DNA from: Alphaproteobacteria bacterium
GTDB taxonomy: Bacteria; Pseudomonadota; Alphaproteobacteria; UBA2966
Length of the DNA stretch: 64,000 bases
Direction: 5' to 3'
Assembly (NCBI GenBank): GCA_964291395.2
Contig: OZ219856.1
Coordinates: 2,560,001 to 2,624,000 of the forward strand
Part shown: positions 49,987-59,848 of the stretch, piece after piece
How positions within the stretch are numbered: the first letter of the stretch is position 1
Layout: each line of letters begins with the position of its first letter
Translations under genes and position numbers: made by a program
The notes under the pieces: model-generated
What the model was told of the DNA's origin: nothing
What the model saw: only the letters and a program-made list of their open reading frames with translations
Database searches by the model: none

Positions 49987-51006
49987 ATGCGTCGCTGGAG
50001 ACTGGCAACCCGTTCGCGGCCTTGCGCCACTCGGCGTTTGAAAGAGAACCGGTTTCGCGGTGCGGCGGCATCGCCGTGCGCCGGGCGCCAAACTAGCCAG
50101 CGTCCCGTGGCGCATGTAGGATCGGCGGCGGCGCCTACGGGACGGCCCGCCGACCCGTATGCCGAGGGGGGACGCGCGATTCCGAGTTCTGACGACCGAG
50201 TCACGATCGACGAGGGAGGCGACCCCGCGTTCGAGCGGGGCGGCACGGCTCTGGCGGTCGAAGACGTGCACAAGAGCTTCGGCCCGGTCGAGGTCCTGAA
50301 GGGCGTCTCCCTCGGCGCGAACGATCACGACGTGGTCTCGATACTCGGCTCGAGCGGCTCGGGCAAGAGCACCCTGCTGCGCTGCATCAATCTGCTGGAA
50401 ACTCCCGATTCGGGCCGCGTGTACGTGAAGGGGGAACTCATCCGGATGCGCGAGAGCCGCCGGGGCGGCCCGGTTCCCGAGAATCCGAAGCAAGTGGAGC
50501 GGATACGCGGGAAGCTCGCGATGGTGTTCCAACAGTACAATCTATGGTCGCACATGACGGTCATTCAGAACGTCATCGAGGCACCGGTGCACGTGCTCAA
50601 GCTTCCCCGCGCCGAAGCCATCGAGCGCGGCGAGGAGGAGCTGCGACGAGTGGATATGTACGATCGCCGCGACTACTATCCGGCCCATCTTTCGGGCGGA
50701 CAGCAGCAGCGCGCGGCGATTGCCCGCGCTCTCGCGATGCAGCCCGACGTGATGCTGTTCGACGAGCCCACGTCGGCGCTCGATCCGGAGCTGGTCGGCG
50801 AGGTGCTGCGAGTGATGCGCGGCTTGGCCGAGGAAGGCCGCACCATGCTGGTGGTCACCCACGAGATGGGTTTCGCCCGGGAGGTGTCGGACCGGGTGAT
50901 GTTTCTCCATGAAGGCAGAGTGGAGGAGAACGGGAAACCGGACGAAGTGTTCCAGAATCCGAAGTCGGAGCGCTTCCGGCAATTCCTCGCCGGAACGTTG
51001 AGATGA
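49987..51006 (+). CDS. Polar amino-acid ABC ATP-binding protein (HisP-like); real start probably near 50180-50250
   Basis: [40 protein letters not shown]. Confidence 0.92.
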   Translation: MRRWRLATRSRPCATRRLKENRFRGAAASPCAGRQTSQRPVAHVGSAAAPTGRPADPYAEGGRAIPSSDDRVTIDEGGDPAFERGGTALAVEDVHKSFGPVEVLKGVSLGANDHDVVSILGSSGSGKSTLLRCINLLETPDSGRVYVKGELIRMRESRRGGPVPENPKQVERIRGKLAMVFQQYNLWSHMTVIQNVIEAPVHVLKLPRAEAIERGEEELRRVDMYDRRDYYPAHLSGGQQQRAAIARALAMQPDVMLFDEPTSALDPELVGEVLRVMRGLAEEGRTMLVVTHEMGFAREVSDRVMFLHEGRVEENGKPDEVFQNPKSERFRQFLAGTLR

Positions 51007-51085
51007 CGGCGTGGGCCCCGGTGCGGACAAAGGTCCCACCCAACCGTCGCCGACCCACCCCGTCCAAACGAAAGGAGGAGCCAAC

Positions 51086-51862
51086 ATGAAACGTTTCACC
51101 ACCGCGTTGGCGGCGGCGGCACTTGCCGTCGCGGCCGGCACCGCGTCCGTGTCCGCCGGAGAAGAGCTCCGGATCGGAGTCGAAGGCGCCTATCCACCGT
51201 TCTCCTGGAAAGAGGCGGACGGGTCCCTGAAGGGATTCGACATCGATATCACGTTCGCTCTCTGCGAGAAGATGGGTCGCGAATGCACGCTCGTCGAGCA
51301 GGACTGGGACGGCATGATCCCCGCCCTCCTCGCGAGGAAGTACGACGCCATCGTCGCGTCGATGTCCATCACCGAGGAGCGAAAGAAGCGCGTCGACTTC
51401 ACCGGCAAGTACTACAACACGCCGGCGCGTTTCGTGGCCACGGAAGGATCGGACCTCGACGTTTCACCGGCCGGGCTGGCCGGAAAGGCGGTGGGCGTGC
51501 AGCGTGGGACGACTCACCAGTGCTTCATGGAGAAGCTCTTTCCGGAGGCCGACCTGAGGCTCTATCAGACGCAGGAGGAGGTCTTCCTCGATCTGGCCGC
51601 GGGGAGGCTCGATGCCCAGTTCTCGGATGCACTCCAGGCCGACGAAGGCTTTCTCAAGTTGGACGCGGGCAAGGGCTTCGCCTTCGTCGGCGGTCCTCAG
51701 TACGACCTGGAATGCCACGGCGAGGGCGCCGGCGTCGCCTTGCGCAAAGGCGAGGACGAGCTTCGTCAGGCGTTCAACGCGGCGATCCTGGCGATCCGCG
51801 AAGACGGCACCTACAAGTCGATCAACGACAAGTATTTCGACTTCGACGTGTACGGCGACTAG
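51086..51862 (+). CDS. Polar amino-acid ABC substrate-binding protein (ArgT/HisJ-like)
   Basis: EGAYPPF, GFDIDI, WDGMIPAL, SMSITEER, GVQRGT; RBS aggagg. Confidence 0.93.
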   Translation: MKRFTTALAAAALAVAAGTASVSAGEELRIGVEGAYPPFSWKEADGSLKGFDIDITFALCEKMGRECTLVEQDWDGMIPALLARKYDAIVASMSITEERKKRVDFTGKYYNTPARFVATEGSDLDVSPAGLAGKAVGVQRGTTHQCFMEKLFPEADLRLYQTQEEVFLDLAAGRLDAQFSDALQADEGFLKLDAGKGFAFVGGPQYDLECHGEGAGVALRKGEDELRQAFNAAILAIREDGTYKSINDKYFDFDVYGD

Positions 51863-51996
51863 CCCGCCGACGGCCGGGTGAAACCTCCGGGTGAAGAGTC
51901 CCCGGTGAAGCGGGGCTGCCCGAGTTCGCGCGACGGGCCCCGCCGGTCGCTCCCCGCGCCTTCGATCGCCGCCCGGCGGGCGGGCTCCGGGCCCAG

Positions 51997-52686
51997 ATGG
52001 ACACGGTAGTCGCCTATCTGCCGGCCATTCTGAGGGGCACCAGCGTCACCGTCGCGGTGGCCCTGTGCTCGGCGGTGCTGGCCGTGCTTCTGGGGCTGCT
52101 CGGCGCGTGGGGGAAGATCGCGCCGTCGCGGACCGCGAACGCCGTCACCGGCGCCTACACCACCCTCGTCCGCGGGGTCCCCGATCTCGTGCTGATGCTG
52201 CTCCTGTTCTACGGAGGGCAGCAACTCCTGAACGACATCGGCGCCGCCACCGGGTGGTGGGGATATATCGAAATCAGCCACTTCACCGCCGGCGTATTCA
52301 CCATCGGGTTCATCTACGGCGCCTACATGACCGAGACGTTCCGCGGCGCCTATCTCGCGATCCCGAGAGGCCAGATCGAGGCCGGGACCGCCTGCGGCAT
52401 GAGCGGCAGCCTGGTGTTCCGCCGTATCGTCTGGCCGCAGCTCGTGCGCTACGCCCTCCCCGGATTCGGCAACAACTGGCTGGTGCTCCTCAAGACCACC
52501 GCCCTCGTATCGGTGCTGGGCTTGCACGAACTGGTCTGGGAGTCGTTCACCGCCGGCCGGTCCACGCGCCAGCTCTTCACCTTCTTCTTCGTAACCCTGG
52601 CCATCTACCTGGTGTTGACCGCGATCTCGGACACGGGGCTCAGGTGGCTCGAGCGCAAGTACAGCGCCGGCGTGAGAAGGGCCTGA
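51997..52686 (+). CDS. Polar amino-acid ABC permease (HisQ-like)
   Basis: RGVPDL, AYMTETFRGA, intact GQIEAGTACGMS EAA loop, ALPGFGN. Confidence 0.93.
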   Translation: MDTVVAYLPAILRGTSVTVAVALCSAVLAVLLGLLGAWGKIAPSRTANAVTGAYTTLVRGVPDLVLMLLLFYGGQQLLNDIGAATGWWGYIEISHFTAGVFTIGFIYGAYMTETFRGAYLAIPRGQIEAGTACGMSGSLVFRRIVWPQLVRYALPGFGNNWLVLLKTTALVSVLGLHELVWESFTAGRSTRQLFTFFFVTLAIYLVLTAISDTGLRWLERKYSAGVRRA

Positions 52687-52689
52687 ACG

Positions 52690-53448
52690 GTGGACGATCC
52701 GCGCGGCCCGAGCCTCCTCGACGCGATCCGCGACTTCAGCGGGAACGCGTCGCCGCTCGATTTCGTGCTCATCATCCAGCACTGGGAGATGTTTGCGGCC
52801 GGAGTCGGCTACACCCTGCTGCTGGTCGCGGTCTCGCTCGTCATCGGCGGTGCGCTCTCGCTGCCGCTCGCCGTCGCGAGAGCCTACCGGACTCCCGTCG
52901 TCAATCAGGTGGTCTGGGCCTACGTCTACCTCTTTCGCGGCACCCCGCTCCTGGTGCAGCTCTACATCATCTACTACGGCGTCGGGCAGTTCGAAATCGT
53001 GCGCGAGAGCGTCCTCTGGCTGGTCCTGCGCGAGCCCCTGTGGTGCACCCTCATCGCCTTCGTGCTGAATACCGCCGCCTATACGACCGAGATATTCCGC
53101 GGAGCCATCGAGGCGGTGCCGTACGGGGAGGTCGAGGCAGCCAAGGCATACGGCATGTCGGCCCGGCTGCGCACGTCCCGGATCGTGCTGCCGAACGCCC
53201 TGCGCCGGGCGTTGCCGGCGTATTCCAACGAGGTCATCTTCATGCTGCACGGCAGCGTGGTCGCGAGCACGGTGACCATCGTCGATATCCTCGGCGCGGG
53301 GCGGATCCTCAACTCGAAATACTATCTGGCCTACGAGGGCTTCCTCGCCGCCGCGGTGCTCTACATGCTCCTGGTGTACGCCATTACCCGGGGCTTCAAG
53401 ATCTGGGAGCGGCACTGGCACGCACATCTTCGCCCGCGCGCAGCCTGA
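52690..53448 (+). CDS. Polar amino-acid ABC permease (HisM-like)
   Basis: FRGTPLLVQL, intact GEVEAAKAYGMS EAA loop, ALPAYSNE. Confidence 0.93.
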   Translation: MDDPRGPSLLDAIRDFSGNASPLDFVLIIQHWEMFAAGVGYTLLLVAVSLVIGGALSLPLAVARAYRTPVVNQVVWAYVYLFRGTPLLVQLYIIYYGVGQFEIVRESVLWLVLREPLWCTLIAFVLNTAAYTTEIFRGAIEAVPYGEVEAAKAYGMSARLRTSRIVLPNALRRALPAYSNEVIFMLHGSVVASTVTIVDILGAGRILNSKYYLAYEGFLAAAVLYMLLVYAITRGFKIWERHWHAHLRPRAA

Positions 53449-53515
53449 CCGCCTCCGGACGGGCGGATCCGCGCGCGACCCGTCCCGCGGCCGAAGAAGA
53501 CCACACCCTCCTCCG

Positions 53516-53539
53516 CCCTCCCCGTTCAACGGGGGAGGG
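53516..53539. terminator. REP-like palindrome between convergent genes, possible bidirectional terminator
   Basis: ccctccccgttcaacgggggaggg hairpin; no clear U-tract. Confidence 0.45.
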
Positions 53540-53563
53540 TTGGGCGGGGATGGCCGGCCGTCA

Positions 53564-53962
53564 TTACGAGCCCCCCAGGACGAGCCCCAGCGCCATCGCG
53601 GCGATGGCGATCGTCGCGACGCCCCAGACGATGCTGCGAAGCCAGCGGAGTCCGGAGGCGTAGGCGGGCAGGTAGACCACCCGGCTGCAGAACCATATCC
53701 AGCCGCCGTACGAGGTCAGTTCGTTGGCGCGGCCGGACAACTCGGCGGCAATGAGCACCGCCAGGGCGGCGGGCAGCGTTTCGAGATAATTCGTGAACGC
53801 GCGCCGCAAACGCCCGCTCAACAGGGTTTCGCGCGGCGGATCGTCGCGAGCGCCGAACGCCCAGGCGTTTCCGGCGACGCCCCATTGCGTCAATCCGTGT
53901 GCGCAGACATGGACGAACAGCCACGCCCCCGCAAGCACGATCAGCAAAACTTCGTCGGTCAC
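53564..53962 (-). CDS. MAPEG family membrane protein
   Basis: GARD, GRLRRAFTNYLETLP, SRVVYLPAYASG, LRSIVW. Confidence 0.88.
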   Translation of the reverse strand: MTDEVLLIVLAGAWLFVHVCAHGLTQWGVAGNAWAFGARDDPPRETLLSGRLRRAFTNYLETLPAALAVLIAAELSGRANELTSYGGWIWFCSRVVYLPAYASGLRWLRSIVWGVATIAIAAMALGLVLGGS

Positions 53963-54059
53963 TGTTTTCTCACTTCCACCTCGGCCGCGATTTGGCGCCG
54001 GGGCGCAAATCCGAGTTAGGATTTCTTGTTCGCATAGGATACTTAGTCAGAGAAGGCCG

Positions 54060-55058
54060 ATGCCAACGAGCTTACTTGAGGTCAGGGACCTGCGTACGGT
54101 CTTTCACACGCGCGAAGCCGTCATCCACGCCGTCAATTCAGTGAGTTTCGACCTTCGACAGGGTGAGATACTCGGTGTCGTCGGGGAGTCGGGGTCCGGT
54201 AAGTCGGTGACGATGATGTCGCTGCTCGGCCTCTTGCCGTCGCCGCCGGCGGAAATCACCGGTGGTCGCGTCATGTTCGACGGACGGACGCTGCTCGGCA
54301 TGCAACCCGAGGAATTGCGCCGCACATGCGGCCGCGAGATCGGGTTCGTCTTTCAAAATCCGACGACATCGCTGAACCCGGTTTTTTCGGTCGGATTCCA
54401 GCTGATGGAGCCATTGCGGCGCCATCTCGGACTATCGCGCCGGGCGGCAAGGGCCCGGGCCGCGGAGTTGCTCGAACTGGTCGGTATCCCCGATGCCGGG
54501 CGCCGCCTGTCCGACTATCCGCACCAGTTCTCGGGCGGGATGTGCCAGCGGGTCATGATCGCGATCGCCCTGTCGTGCACGCCCCGGATCCTGATCGCCG
54601 ACGAACCGACCACGGCGCTCGACGTCACGATCCAGTCCCAGATCCTCGAGCTGATCGAGAATCTGCGGCACAAGCTCGGCATGGCCGTCATCTGGATCAC
54701 CCATGATCTCGGCGTAATCGCCGAAATTGCCGATCGCGTCCTCGTGATGTATGCCGGCCAGATCGTCGAACACGCACCGGCGGGAGATTTGTTTACCCGC
54801 CCGCGGCACCCGTATACCCGTGCCCTCCTGCGTACGATGCCGGCGACGCGCGATGACGGCCCCGCTCGGCTTCGGACGATTCCGGGCCAGACACCTACTC
54901 TGGTTGCCGATCTCGTCGAATGTCCGTTTCGCCCGCGATGCGAAGAGGCGTTCGCGCGTTGCCGGCAGGAGGTTCCGCGGCGCATGGCCTGTACCGACAC
55001 GCACGATGCAGCGTGTTTTCTCGTATACCGTCCCGGGGCCGACACCCATGCCTTGTGA
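54060..55058 (+). CDS. Peptide ABC ATP-binding protein (OppD/DppD-like)
   Basis: GESGSGKS, YPHQFSGG, ADEPTTALD, HPYT, C-terminal cysteine cluster. Confidence 0.93.
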   Translation: MPTSLLEVRDLRTVFHTREAVIHAVNSVSFDLRQGEILGVVGESGSGKSVTMMSLLGLLPSPPAEITGGRVMFDGRTLLGMQPEELRRTCGREIGFVFQNPTTSLNPVFSVGFQLMEPLRRHLGLSRRAARARAAELLELVGIPDAGRRLSDYPHQFSGGMCQRVMIAIALSCTPRILIADEPTTALDVTIQSQILELIENLRHKLGMAVIWITHDLGVIAEIADRVLVMYAGQIVEHAPAGDLFTRPRHPYTRALLRTMPATRDDGPARLRTIPGQTPTLVADLVECPFRPRCEEAFARCRQEVPRRMACTDTHDAACFLVYRPGADTHAL

Positions 55059-56064
55059 CCGCGACGTTTCCCGGACGCTTCTGGAGGTCGAGGACCTCAA
55101 GGTTCATTTTCCGGTGACCTCCGGCCTGCTGCGGCGCGAGACCGGTCGCATCAAGGCGGTCGACGGAATCTCGTTCCGCGTGCGAAGCGGCGAGACCCTC
55201 GGGATAGTCGGCGAGTCGGGCTCGGGGAAGACGACCGCGGGTCGCGCCATACTGCGCCTCACCGGTATAACGGCGGGCAAGGTGCGGATGGACGGCACGG
55301 ACATCACGGCGGCCGACAGGCGTACGCTCAAACGCATGCGGCCGCTGATGCAGATGATCTTCCAGGACCCCCAGTCGAGTCTCAATCCGCGCATGACCAT
55401 CGCCGACATCATCGGCGAGCCGCTCGACGAACATCGCCGGCCGACGCGGCGGGAGAGGGCGTTGCGGATCGGCGAATTGATGGACGCCGTCGGCCTCAAC
55501 CGGGACTATGCCGACCGCTTTCCGCACGAGTTCTCGGGAGGACAGCGTCAACGGATCGGAATCGCCCGGGCTCTTGCGCTCAACCCGAGACTGATCGTGT
55601 GCGACGAGCCGATCGCGAGCCTCGATTTCTCCATCCAGGCCCAGGTCGTGAATCTGCTCGCGGACCTGCAGGTGGAATTCGCGCTCACCTATCTTTTCAT
55701 CAGCCACGATCTCGGCATGATCCGGCACATGGCCGATCGTGTCGCGGTGATGTATCTCGGAAAGATCGTCGAACTGGCCCCGACGAACGCACTTTACCGC
55801 AGCCCCCGGCATCCATACACGCAGGCGCTGCTGTCGGCCGCGCCGGAGATCTCGGGCGCGGCCGGCCGCGACCGCGTGGTGCTGCACGGCGAAGCGCCGT
55901 CCCCTCAGCATCCACCCGGCGGATGCGTGTTCCAAAGCCGCTGCCCGGTGGCGGCCGACATCTGCAAGACGCGGGCGCCCCGACTCGAGGAAATCGCGGC
56001 AAACCGTCTTGTCGCCTGCCATCTCTGCACCCCGGACCTCGTGGTGGAATCCGATCGGCCTTAG
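55048..56064 (+). CDS. Peptide ABC ATP-binding protein (OppF/DppF-like)
   Basis: GESGSGKT, FQDP, FSGGQRQRI, CDEP, HPYT. Confidence 0.93.
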   Translation: MPCDRDVSRTLLEVEDLKVHFPVTSGLLRRETGRIKAVDGISFRVRSGETLGIVGESGSGKTTAGRAILRLTGITAGKVRMDGTDITAADRRTLKRMRPLMQMIFQDPQSSLNPRMTIADIIGEPLDEHRRPTRRERALRIGELMDAVGLNRDYADRFPHEFSGGQRQRIGIARALALNPRLIVCDEPIASLDFSIQAQVVNLLADLQVEFALTYLFISHDLGMIRHMADRVAVMYLGKIVELAPTNALYRSPRHPYTQALLSAAPEISGAAGRDRVVLHGEAPSPQHPPGGCVFQSRCPVAADICKTRAPRLEEIAANRLVACHLCTPDLVVESDRP

Positions 56065-56105
56065 ACGCGTAAAGTCCCGGACAGGCCCCAACAGGAGAAG
56101 ACAGC

Positions 56106-57803
56106 ATGAAAGCGATATCGTTGGCGATCATGATGACGGGCGCCCTGCTCGTTTCCGGCGCGGCGGCGGCTGAGCGGGGACGCGACGGTCATGTCAGCAT
56201 CATCTACTGGCAGGCCCCGTCGATCCTCAATCCGTATCTCTCGGGCGGGACCAAGGATCTCGAGGCCGCGTCGATGATCCTGGAACCGCTCGCCCGGTTC
56301 GACGAGTCGGGAAACCTTACTCCCTGGCTGGCCGCTTCTGTGCCGACGGTGGCCAATGGCGGGGTGTCCGCCGACTTGAAGACCATCACCTGGAAGCTGC
56401 GCGAGGGCCTCCTCTGGTCGGACGGAAGCCCGGTGACGGCCGCCGATGTCGTGTTTACCGCCGAATACTGCCGCGACCCCGCCGGCGGCTGTTCGCAGCT
56501 TGCGAAGTTTGACGACGTGACCGCGGTCGAGGCGGTCGACGATCTGACCGTGGAGGTCACCTTCGGCATCCCCAAGCCCTATCCCTACGCCCCCTTCGTC
56601 GGCGCCACGTCGCCGATCCTGCAGAAGGCGCAATTCGCGGATTGCACCGGCGCCCGGGCTCCGGAATGTACCGAGGCCAATTTCAACCCGATCGGCACCG
56701 GCCCCTTTCGCGTGACCGAGTTCCGGTCGAACGACGTGATCTCCCTCGCGGCCAATCCCCACTATCGCGATCCGGCGAAACCGGCCTTTGCGACCGTCAC
56801 GTTCAAGGGCGGCGGCGATGCCGCCGCGGCGGCGCGGGCCGTCCTGGAAACCGGCGAATTCGACTACGCCTGGAACCTGCAGCTCGCTCCGGAGGTGCTG
56901 CAAGGTATGCTGGCAGCGGGCAAGGGGGCGCTGGTCTCGAGTTTCGGAACCTTGGTCGAGCGGCTCGTGGTCAACCTGACCGATCCGGCCCCGGAGCTGG
57001 GCGACGCACGCTCCACCCGCGCCCATCCGCACCCGTTTCTGTCGGACCGCGCCGTCCGCAAGGCCCTGTCGATGGCCATCGACCGCGAGCTTCTCGTCGA
57101 GATCGGCTACGGCCAGGCCGGACGGCCGACCTGCAATATCGTTCCGGCACCGGAGATCTACGCGTCGAGCGCGAACGAGGATTGTCTGGTGCAGGACATC
57201 GAAGGCGCAAAGCGTTTGCTCGACGAGGCCGGCTGGCGGCCGGGGCCGGACGGCATACGGCGGAAGGGCGGCATACGGCTTTCGATCCTGTACCAGACCT
57301 CGACCAACGCGGTTCGGCAGGATTTCCAGGCTCTGATCAAGCAGTGGTGGTCGGAGATCGGCGTCGAAACGGAACTCCGCAACATCGACGCGTCGGTGTT
57401 TTTCGGCGGTGACCCGGGCAGTCCGGACACCTATCAGAAGTTCTTCGCCGATATCGAGATGTACGCGAACAACTTCGAGGGCGCCGACCCGGAACCGTAT
57501 CTCGGCGGCTGGCGTTGCGGCAACGAACCGCGGCCGGCCTCCCAATGGCAGGGTGAGAACATGCCGCGGTATTGCAGCGAAGAGTACGATCGGCTGCTCG
57601 GGGAAATGGCGAAGACCGGCGATCTCGGCGAGAGGGCCCGCCTCGCCAAAGCCATGAACGACATGCTGGTTCAGGACCATGTGCTGATCCCGCTGGTTCA
57701 CCGCGGGCGCGTGTCCGCTCACGCGCACTCGCTCGGCGGCGTCCTGCTGAATACCTGGGACAGCGAGATCTGGAACATCGCCGACTGGCATCGGACGCGA
57801 TGA
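56106..57803 (+). CDS. Peptide ABC substrate-binding protein (family 5)
   Basis: Signal peptide, WQAPSILNPY, WSDG, PIGTGPF, VRKALSMAIDR. Confidence 0.93.
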   Translation: MKAISLAIMMTGALLVSGAAAAERGRDGHVSIIYWQAPSILNPYLSGGTKDLEAASMILEPLARFDESGNLTPWLAASVPTVANGGVSADLKTITWKLREGLLWSDGSPVTAADVVFTAEYCRDPAGGCSQLAKFDDVTAVEAVDDLTVEVTFGIPKPYPYAPFVGATSPILQKAQFADCTGARAPECTEANFNPIGTGPFRVTEFRSNDVISLAANPHYRDPAKPAFATVTFKGGGDAAAAARAVLETGEFDYAWNLQLAPEVLQGMLAAGKGALVSSFGTLVERLVVNLTDPAPELGDARSTRAHPHPFLSDRAVRKALSMAIDRELLVEIGYGQAGRPTCNIVPAPEIYASSANEDCLVQDIEGAKRLLDEAGWRPGPDGIRRKGGIRLSILYQTSTNAVRQDFQALIKQWWSEIGVETELRNIDASVFFGGDPGSPDTYQKFFADIEMYANNFEGADPEPYLGGWRCGNEPRPASQWQGENMPRYCSEEYDRLLGEMAKTGDLGERARLAKAMNDMLVQDHVLIPLVHRGRVSAHAHSLGGVLLNTWDSEIWNIADWHRTR

Positions 57804-57904
57804 CGCCGCGCCCGAGAGAGAGCCTGACGTTCGGGCACCCGAACGGCGGCGGGCGGACGGCCGTACCACGGACAGCCGGCCGCAGGGCCTGACGCGGCGG
57901 CGGT

Positions 57905-58912
57905 ATGCTCGTCTATACCGTCCGGCGGATACTCGTCGCGGTTCCGACGCTGCTCCTCATCAGCCTGATCCTGTTCCTGTTGCTCGATCTCGCCCCCGGG
58001 GACCCCACGGCGCAACTGCCGTTGACGATCCCGCCGGAGGTGAAGGAGAAGATTCGCCTGTCTCTCGGGCTCGGCGAGCCGATCCATGTCCGCTACCTGC
58101 TCTGGCTCCAGCAGTTCTTCGTCAACGAACCGCTTCATCTGCTATCGGAACTGACGGGTCTGGACCTCGCCGGCGATCGACCAAGAGTGATTTCCTGGCA
58201 GTCGCGCTCACCGGTCGTCGATATCGTGGTCGAGCGACTGCCGCAGACCTTATGGGTCGTGGGGCTGTCCTACGTCATCGGCGTTCTGATCGCCGTCCCG
58301 GTCGGGGTCGTCTCGGCCTGCCGCCAGTACAGCTGGTTCGATCAGCTCGGCACATTCGCGTCCATGGTCGGGTTCTCGGTTCCGACCTTCTTCAGCGGCG
58401 TATTGCTGATCGTCGTCTTCTCCGTCCATCTCGGCTGGTTCCCGTCGATCTACGATACGACCCACAGGGTCACCGACTGGGACAGCCTCCTGTACCAGGT
58501 CCGGCAGATGGCCATGCCGGTGATGGTCCTTGCGTTCTACAACGCGGCGCAGATCAGCCGCTTCATGCGGGCATCCACGCTCGACAACCTGAATCTCGAC
58601 TATGTCCGCACTGCTCGGGCCAAGGGAATGCCGGAGCGGACAGTCATCCTCGTTCACGTGTTGCGGAACTCGATAGGCCCGGTGGTCACCGTTATCGCGC
58701 TCGGCGTCCCGGCCATATTCGGCGGCGCGATCATCACCGAGCAGGTCTTCAAGGTTAACGGGCTCGGCCAGCTCCTGATCATCTCGATCCAGGCCAGTGA
58801 CCTTCCGATGGTGCAGACCCTGACGTTCATCTTCGCCGTCCTGATCGTCCTGTTCAATCTGCTCGCGGACCTCCTGTACGGCATTGTCGATCCGAGGATC
58901 CGCTATGATTGA
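57905..58912 (+). CDS. Peptide ABC permease (OppB-like)
   Basis: APGDP, RLPQT, DYVRTARAKG, IITEQVF, DPRI. Confidence 0.93.
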   Translation: MLVYTVRRILVAVPTLLLISLILFLLLDLAPGDPTAQLPLTIPPEVKEKIRLSLGLGEPIHVRYLLWLQQFFVNEPLHLLSELTGLDLAGDRPRVISWQSRSPVVDIVVERLPQTLWVVGLSYVIGVLIAVPVGVVSACRQYSWFDQLGTFASMVGFSVPTFFSGVLLIVVFSVHLGWFPSIYDTTHRVTDWDSLLYQVRQMAMPVMVLAFYNAAQISRFMRASTLDNLNLDYVRTARAKGMPERTVILVHVLRNSIGPVVTVIALGVPAIFGGAIITEQVFKVNGLGQLLIISIQASDLPMVQTLTFIFAVLIVLFNLLADLLYGIVDPRIRYD

Positions 58913-59801
58913 GGCCGCTCCGCTGCGGAGCTCTCGCGGGCGTGACGTGTGGCTGCAATTCAAGAGCCACAAGGGGGCGCTGCTCGGGTGCGGCTTCTTC
59001 GTCTTCGTCCTGTGTTTCGTCACGATCGGCCCCGCGTTCTGGACGATCGATCCCCAGTTCATCGACATCCGGGTGCGCAATTCGGGAATGAGCCTCGCCC
59101 ATCCCCTGGGCACCGACCAGCTCGGGCGAGACATGCTCGCCCGCCTGATGATCGGTGGCCGGACCTCGGTCGCGGTCGGCATTGCCGCGATGCTGTTGTC
59201 GCTTCTCATCGGCAGCCTGATCGGCGTTCTGGCCGGATTCATGCGGGGGCTCGATGGTCCGCTGATGCGCCTCACGGACCTGTTTCTGGCCCTGCCGCTC
59301 CTGCCCCTGCTGCTCGTCATCATCTTGCTGTTTCGCGATACGCTTCGGGCGACCTTCGGGCCGGAAACGGGTATCTTCTTCCTGATTGTCGCGGTCATAG
59401 GCATCACCAGCTGGATGCAGACCGCCCGGGTCGTCCGGGGCGAGGTTCTTACCGTCAAGGAACGCGAGTTCGTGATCGCGGCGAAGTCCATCGGCACGCC
59501 GGCACACCGGATCGTCCGGCGCCATATTCTGCCGAACGTCCTATCGCCGATCATGGTTTCGGCGGCCCTCGGCATAGCCAATGCCATCATCACCGAATCG
59601 GCGTTGTCCTTTCTCGGGCTCGGATTTCCGTCGGATTTCGCGACGTGGGGACGCCTGCTGTTCGATGCCACGGACTATCTGCAGGGATATCCGAGCCGGG
59701 TGCTGTGGCCCGGCTTGGCGATTTCGCTGACCGTCCTGTCGGTCAACTACATGGGCGACGGGCTCCGCGATTCGCTCGATCCACGAATGCGTGGGCGCTG
59801 A
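58905..59801 (+). CDS. Peptide ABC permease (OppC-like)
   Basis: HPLGTDQLGRD, ARVVRG, HILPN, ESALSFLG, GDGLRD. Confidence 0.93.
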   Translation: MIEAAPLRSSRGRDVWLQFKSHKGALLGCGFFVFVLCFVTIGPAFWTIDPQFIDIRVRNSGMSLAHPLGTDQLGRDMLARLMIGGRTSVAVGIAAMLLSLLIGSLIGVLAGFMRGLDGPLMRLTDLFLALPLLPLLLVIILLFRDTLRATFGPETGIFFLIVAVIGITSWMQTARVVRGEVLTVKEREFVIAAKSIGTPAHRIVRRHILPNVLSPIMVSAALGIANAIITESALSFLGLGFPSDFATWGRLLFDATDYLQGYPSRVLWPGLAISLTVLSVNYMGDGLRDSLDPRMRGR

Positions 59802-59848
59802 CTCTGCCCTTGACCCGTCCCGGCGTTCTGCCGTAGGGGAATAGAGAC

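Noticed and set aside
49987-51006. HisP-like ATPase as the missing partner of the 42.8-45 kb permeases
   Set aside because: It has its own complete operon with EAA-intact permeases; sharing cannot be excluded but is unlikely given the EAA loss.
51874-51910. Three ccgg(g)tgaa repeats as a CRISPR-like array
   Set aside because: Repeats of 8-9 bp with 4-6 bp gaps and no cas genes; probably part of an intercistronic structure.
56061-57869. 602-aa minus-strand ORF
   Set aside because: Antisense shadow of the peptide-binding protein gene.
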